Origin: Vulcanimicrobiota bacterium
GTDB taxonomy: Bacteria > Vulcanimicrobiota > Vulcanimicrobiia > Vulcanimicrobiales > Vulcanimicrobiaceae
Reading direction: 5' to 3'
Assembly (NCBI GenBank): GCA_030038215.1
Contig: JASHPI010000100.1
Coordinates: forward strand, 1-52,496
DNA length: 52,496 bases
Within the stretch, counting starts at the first letter, position 1. Every line of letters starts with the position of its first letter. The position numbers were made by a program, and so were the translations under genes. Positions 48,048-52,496 of the stretch are shown in pieces. The notes below the pieces were generated by a model that ran no database searches, was not told where the DNA came from, and worked only from the letters and a program-made list of their open reading frames with translations.

Positions 48048-49194
48048 AGGGATACTCCTGCGCGTTATGGGTCTGCGTTTGCCCGAGCGGAGCTCGCACC
48101 TTGAGCTCGCGCATCGCCTCGCGCAGCGGGGCGTCGACGATGGCGTCGGCCGGCATCGGCTCGTTGATGATGTTGGCTTGCTGTAAGAAGTTGGATGCCG
48201 ATGCGAAGAAAGCCCGAACCTGTCCGTCGAAGACGAGGTGAGCCCCCCAGCGCACGGCGCGGGCCTGCGCCGCGGCGTCGCCGACCGGCAACCGGCCGTA
48301 GAGGGCGAACCACATCTCTCGCGTGGTGAAACCGGTCGTATCGTTCGTGGCGTATGTCGCCACGGTGCACGCATTGCGCGGGTAGCTCCCCAGGATGAAT
48401 TGCTGCGCCTCGATGTCGGCCTTGAGCATGCCGATCACGGCGCGCGGATTCGTATCCAGGAAATCCTTCGAGACGATGATGACGCCGGAGTCGTGTTCGT
48501 CCCAATCCGCGCCGGTAGAAACGAGGCGAGCGCTCTTGTTGCCGACGATCTGGCCGACGTGCGCGACGTTGGGATCCCAGATCACCGCGGCATCGAGATT
48601 GCCGGCGCGCAGATTGGTAGCGATGACTTCGATGCTCTGATTCAAGTATTGCGCCGGCTTGACGTTCTCGCGCGCGAAGACCGCTTGAGCGAAGCGATCG
48701 GTGCAGCTTCCCTTGGGGACGGCGACGCGTTTGCCGTCCATCCATTTCACCGCCTCTTGTGCCGTCTTGAACTGCGGTGCATCGGGACGCACGACGAACA
48801 GATCGCACTGCTGATTGTTGAAGCTTGTGACCGAAAGAATGCGAATGTCCGCGACATTGCGCTTGGTCGTCGCGACGATGCCCGGCATGTCGCCGACGTA
48901 GCCCATTTGATACTTGCCGGCGAGCATGTTGTTGGTGATGATCGAACCCTGAAGCCCGACCTCCCAATCTACGGTGCTGCCCGGTGGAAGATATTTCTTC
49001 CACAGCTGCTGCTCTTTGACGACCAGCGCGCTCCAAGCACCGGTGTAGTAGGGTTGATACCCGACGACCAGATGAACCGGCGCCGCCCCTTGCCCGACGG
49101 AATGCAGGGGCGCGATCGCAAGCAGACAGGTGAGCGCGGAGAGCAGCCCGAGCCGTTTGACGGTCCGGGCACGCCGCGCCAGCGGGTCATCCAC
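48040..49194 (-). CDS. ABC substrate-binding protein, NMT1/SsuA/TauA-like (nitrate/sulfonate/taurine class)
   Basis: The start is GTG 49194, with GAGAGGAG upstream. It has a signal peptide (LGLLSALTCLLAIAPLHSVG). The pattern VVGYQPYYTGAWSALV...GYVGDMPGIVA...RVAVPKGSCTDRFAQAVF is typical of this binding-protein class. The substrate cannot be assigned by eye. Confidence 0.8.
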   Translation of the reverse strand: MDDPLARRARTVKRLGLLSALTCLLAIAPLHSVGQGAAPVHLVVGYQPYYTGAWSALVVKEQQLWKKYLPPGSTVDWEVGLQGSIITNNMLAGKYQMGYVGDMPGIVATTKRNVADIRILSVTSFNNQQCDLFVVRPDAPQFKTAQEAVKWMDGKRVAVPKGSCTDRFAQAVFARENVKPAQYLNQSIEVIATNLRAGNLDAAVIWDPNVAHVGQIVGNKSARLVSTGADWDEHDSGVIIVSKDFLDTNPRAVIGMLKADIEAQQFILGSYPRNACTVATYATNDTTGFTTREMWFALYGRLPVGDAAAQARAVRWGAHLVFDGQVRAFFASASNFLQQANIINEPMPADAIVDAPLREAMRELKVRAPLGQTQTHNAQEYPCG

Positions 49195-49237
49195 CAGTAA
49201 TCTCCTCTCGGCGGCAGAAGGTAAAGTTAACCTAGGT

Positions 49238-49276
49238 CACTAATTTAGTGCCCCTAAGAATTATTGACCTCGGTCA
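49238..49276. promoter_or_regulatory. Two short perfect palindromes in the AT-rich divergent promoter region between the ABC operon and the Rieske oxygenase genes
   Basis: CACTAA-T-TTAGTG lies at 49238-49250 and TGACC-TC-GGTCA at 49265-49276. The second is flanked by ATTATT on both sides. The 128-bp intergenic region is conspicuously AT-rich for this genome. Confidence 0.3.
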
Positions 49277-49322
49277 TTATTCCTTCTCTCAGCCTAACCG
49301 AGCCCCGATTGGAGGATGATTC

Positions 49323-50510
49323 GTGCCCCGCAACGCCGCCCAGTGGGATCTCAAGCCGCAGCTGCCGTCTACGCACTTCGTCGATCCCCTCATCTATACG
49401 AGCCCGCTGATCTTGCATGAGGAGCGCGAGAAGATCTTTGCGCGCACTTGGGTCATCGCGTGTCACGAGAGCGAGGTCCGCGATCCGCACGATTACCGCA
49501 CCTACCGGCATCCAGCCGGCAAAAATCTCTTCGTCGTGCGCGGCGACGACGGCACGATCCGCGCCTTCTACAACGTCTGTCCGCATCGAGGGAACACGCT
49601 GCTCTACGAACCGGCCGGCAACGCCAAGCACCTGCTCTGCATCTTCCACGCTTTTGCCTTCGACTGCCGTGGAGAATGCGTGACCATCCCGCGCGGAGAG
49701 GAAGGCTACCAAGACCGCATCGGCAAGGCGGAGATGGGTTTGCGCGCGGTCCGGACGGAGGTCGGCTTCGGCGGGATGGTCTACGTCAATCTCGATGACG
49801 GGGCGCCGGCGCTGCGGGAGTTTCTCGGCGGGGCGCTCGACGACATGCTCGAGGCCCTCGACACCGAACCGTTGGAAGTTTTCGCCTTTCACCGCGCGAT
49901 CGTACCGACCAACTACAAACTCTGGCACGACACCAACAGTGAGTTCTACCACGATTACTTGCACTATCACAATCGCGAAACCAGCCTGAAACAACCTGGT
50001 TATTTCGAGCGACGCTATACGACGTTTCCGAACGGTCACGCGCGCGTCGGCGATCAGGTGGTCAAGTACGAAGCCTACGAAGGCTTCAAGGATCGAGACC
50101 TTTCCTTTCCGGGTCTGGTACGCAACCAATGGAAGATGGTCGACCTCTTTCCCGGTCAGACATACAACCTGCGCGGCTCGTCACTCCGGATCGACACCTC
50201 GATTCCGATCTCGCCCGTCCAGACCTCGATCGAGTTCCGTGGGCTCGGCTTGCGGCGCGATACACCCGAGGAGCGCGCCTTGCGAGTCCGCGATTACAAC
50301 TCGATCTGGGGGCCGTTCGGGCGCAACTTGCATGAGGATTTGCTGGCGGTGCTCGGACAGGGGCGCGCGCTGGGGCGCGGCCAGCGATACTTCTTGCATG
50401 CGCGCGAGGAAGACAACACGATTCACGACGAGATCGGCATGCGCCAATTCTACGGCGAGTGGAGTCGCTGGATGGGCCGCCCGGCCAGCGCGCCGCTCGA
50501 GGTACTCTGA
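49323..50510 (+). CDS. Rieske non-haem iron oxygenase, alpha subunit
   Basis: GGAGG lies 7 nt upstream of GTG 49323. The Rieske cluster ligands are ACHESE...CPHRGN (CxH...CxxH). The mononuclear iron region is EFYHDYLHYHN. Confidence 0.9.
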   Translation: MPRNAAQWDLKPQLPSTHFVDPLIYTSPLILHEEREKIFARTWVIACHESEVRDPHDYRTYRHPAGKNLFVVRGDDGTIRAFYNVCPHRGNTLLYEPAGNAKHLLCIFHAFAFDCRGECVTIPRGEEGYQDRIGKAEMGLRAVRTEVGFGGMVYVNLDDGAPALREFLGGALDDMLEALDTEPLEVFAFHRAIVPTNYKLWHDTNSEFYHDYLHYHNRETSLKQPGYFERRYTTFPNGHARVGDQVVKYEAYEGFKDRDLSFPGLVRNQWKMVDLFPGQTYNLRGSSLRIDTSIPISPVQTSIEFRGLGLRRDTPEERALRVRDYNSIWGPFGRNLHEDLLAVLGQGRALGRGQRYFLHAREEDNTIHDEIGMRQFYGEWSRWMGRPASAPLEVL

Positions 50511-51001
50511 TGCTCGACGTTAGCAGCCTAGAGACTCTCAACTCCGATCATCGCGAAATCGCACGGCTCGTCTACGACACGGTGCTGCTGCTCGACTCCA
50601 AGGATTTTTCGGGCTGGCTCCATCGCTGTACGGATGATTTCGCCTACGCCGTCCGCTCTTGGAGCCCGGAGCTGCGTGCCCAAATCACGTGGCTGGAGCA
50701 CGATCGCGCGGGAATCGAAAACCTCGTCCGTCATCTCCCCCGTCACCACACCGAACCCGTGCTGCTGACGCGCCACGCGACGGTCTACCGCATCGAGCCC
50801 GACGCCGAGCGAAGCGAGGCAACGGCGATCACGGCGCTGACGATTTATCAGACGCAAGACGACGGCGGGGAGACCAGCCTCTTCGCGGTTGGGCGGTACT
50901 ACGACCGCATCATCAGAACCGATGATGGCTGGCGGCTGCGCGAGCGAGAGGTCGAGCTCGACACGCGCAGCCTTGGGATCGGAACCCAGTATCCTTTGTA
51001 G
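50510..51001 (+). CDS. Ring-hydroxylating oxygenase beta subunit (SnoaL/NTF2-like fold)
   Basis: Trimmed to ATG 50510, which overlaps the alpha-subunit stop (TGATG). The protein is 163 aa. The pattern LVYDTVLLLDSKDFSGWLHRCTDDFAY...GRYYDRIIRTDDGWRLREREVELD is typical of beta subunits. Confidence 0.85.
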   Translation: MLDVSSLETLNSDHREIARLVYDTVLLLDSKDFSGWLHRCTDDFAYAVRSWSPELRAQITWLEHDRAGIENLVRHLPRHHTEPVLLTRHATVYRIEPDAERSEATAITALTIYQTQDDGGETSLFAVGRYYDRIIRTDDGWRLREREVELDTRSLGIGTQYPL

Positions 51002-51046
51002 GCCGCGCGCGTAGGCCGCGCGGCGGCGCAGATGCAATAGAGCGGC

Positions 51047-52330
51047 ATGACTGCAGCGCGCGCTTCCGTTGTGGCCGCACGCGATCGACTCAGCGGCCAA
51101 CAGATTTTCGGTTTCTGGGCGGCCTGGCTCGGCTGGACGCTCGACGGCATGGACTCGGTAATCTACGCGCTGGTCCTGGCGCCGGCGCTGACCGAGCTTC
51201 TGCCCAAGAGCGGGATCGCCGCGCTGCCGGGCAATATCGGACTGGCCGGCTCGATTCTCTTCGCACTCTTCTTGATCGGTTGGGGCTCTTCGTTCATCTG
51301 GGGACCCGTTGCCGACCGCTTCGGACGTGCGCGCACGCTGGCAATGACGATCCTGGTCTATGCGGTCTTTACCGGCGCGGCCGCCTTCTCGCAGAACGTT
51401 TACGAGTTGGCGATATTCCGCCTGTTGGCCGGTTTGGGCATCGGCGGCGAGTGGTCGATGGCCGGCACCTACGTTGCCGAAGCCTGGCCGGAGAGCCGGC
51501 GGAAGATGGGTGCCGGATATTTGCAAACCGGCTACTACGCCGGCTTCTTTCTCGCGGCCACGCTCAACTACACGATCGGCGCGGCCTTTGGCTGGCGCAC
51601 GATGTTTCTGGTCGGTTTGACGCCCGTCATCCTTGCGGCGGCGGTATTGGCGCGCGTACGTGAGCCAGAACGCTGGGCGCGTGCGCAACGCGTGGTAACA
51701 ACCGGTGTTTCGATCTTCTCACCGCAGTACCTGAAACGAACGATTGTGAACGCATCGTTGCTGGCAGTGGCGATCATTGGGCTGTGGGCCGGCAGCGTCT
51801 ACGAGCCGACGGCGATCATCGCGCTCGCGCGCAGCGGCGGAGCACTGCTGGGAACGGCGACGAAGCTAGCGTCCATCGGCACGGCGATTCTCTCGGTGGG
51901 AACGATTCTGGGCTGCCTGACGGTACCGCCGCTCGCCGAACGCTTAGGGCGCAAGCCGACGCTGGCGATCTACTTCTCGGGCATGCTCGTTTCGATTGTC
52001 CTCGCGTTCGGCTGGGCATTCTATCTCCCGAATGCGCTGCCGACGTTCTTGACGGTCCTCTTCTTCCTAGGCTTTTTCGGCGGGAACTTCACGATTTTCA
52101 GCCTCTGGCTGCCGGAGCAATATCCAACCTCGATTCGAGCCACGGCATTTGCCTTCGCGACCTCGATCGGCCGATTCGCCGGCGCCGGCATCAACTTCGT
52201 GATCGGAGGCTTGGTGAAGGGAATGGGGACGCTCGGCACGCCGGTCGCCTTGACGGCGATCGCATTCGGGATCGGTTTACTTCTGATTCCGTTTGCGGTC
52301 GAAACGCGCGGGGAGACGCTTCCCGAATAG
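51047..52330 (+). CDS. MFS transporter
   Basis: It has twelve hydrophobic helices. The MFS motif-A-like sequence is GPVADRFGRARTL, with LAERLGRKPTL in the second half. Confidence 0.9.
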   Translation: MTAARASVVAARDRLSGQQIFGFWAAWLGWTLDGMDSVIYALVLAPALTELLPKSGIAALPGNIGLAGSILFALFLIGWGSSFIWGPVADRFGRARTLAMTILVYAVFTGAAAFSQNVYELAIFRLLAGLGIGGEWSMAGTYVAEAWPESRRKMGAGYLQTGYYAGFFLAATLNYTIGAAFGWRTMFLVGLTPVILAAAVLARVREPERWARAQRVVTTGVSIFSPQYLKRTIVNASLLAVAIIGLWAGSVYEPTAIIALARSGGALLGTATKLASIGTAILSVGTILGCLTVPPLAERLGRKPTLAIYFSGMLVSIVLAFGWAFYLPNALPTFLTVLFFLGFFGGNFTIFSLWLPEQYPTSIRATAFAFATSIGRFAGAGINFVIGGLVKGMGTLGTPVALTAIAFGIGLLLIPFAVETRGETLPE

Positions 52331-52367
52331 CAGGGGCAGAGGGCGCGAAGGCGTATGGTTGCCCGCA

Positions 52368-52496
52368 GTGCGAAATGAGCGGTTGTCCTGGTGGTACCTG
52401 CTCCTGGCCGTCCCCTTCGTGGCGACCCTCTTTCCCGGGTTCTACAACCACTTAGAGCCGCGCATTTTCGGCATCCCGTTCTTCTACGCGTACCAG
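52368..52496 (+). CDS. DUF3311-like small membrane protein, truncated by the window end
   Basis: My translation from GTG 52368 gives VRNERLSWWYLLLAVPFVATLFPGFYNHLEPRIFGIPFFYAYQ. This matches my memory of the DUF3311 pattern that usually precedes sodium:solute symporter genes. It is not in the ORF track because there is no stop. Confidence 0.5.
   Translation, partial: MRNERLSWWYLLLAVPFVATLFPGFYNHLEPRIFGIPFFYAYQ

Overview
This is a high-GC bacterial chromosomal segment. Spot counts on single 60-nt lines give about 65-70% G+C in most genes. Genes are densely packed on both strands, and many stop/start junctions overlap. I support 46 protein-coding features, one of them apparently frameshifted. 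I found no rRNA, tRNA, CRISPR array, transposase or integrase. A beta-barrel-like protein ending in Phe, many lipobox lipoproteins and Tat-type signals suggest a diderm organism, but the lineage cannot be named from sequence alone.

Gene content from left to right:
- Two tandem PLC/AcpA-type phosphoesterase lipoprotein paralogues sit behind a Fur-family regulator, which is divergent from katG.
- A cyclophilin and a MocR regulator follow.
- A patch of visibly lower G+C (about 7.8-12 kb) holds a frameshifted glycine-repeat protein, a 504-aa orphan and a 938-aa polytopic membrane protein. The membrane protein is translationally coupled to a class III cyclase-STAND NTPase-TPR protein, which is followed by a 60-aa ORF.
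- Next come an S53 sedolisin, a multicopper oxidase and assorted secreted hydrolases.
- A six-gene overlapping operon looks like a synthase-dependent exopolysaccharide system, possibly for a mannan. It encodes GH130, a polytopic membrane protein, an outer-membrane barrel, an MshEN-fused processive GT2, a receiver lacking the phospho-acceptor Asp, and an NDP-sugar pyrophosphorylase.
- There are two sulfite-dehydrogenase/cytochrome c pairs. One pair is fused into a seven-gene operon with a NitT/TauT-type ABC importer, divergent from a Rieske oxygenase.
- An MFS transporter and a truncated DUF3311-like ORF end the window.

The strongest candidates for novel biology are the membrane protein/cyclase-STAND module and the MshEN-GT2 polysaccharide operon. 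All functional calls rest on motif recognition by eye, not on database searches.
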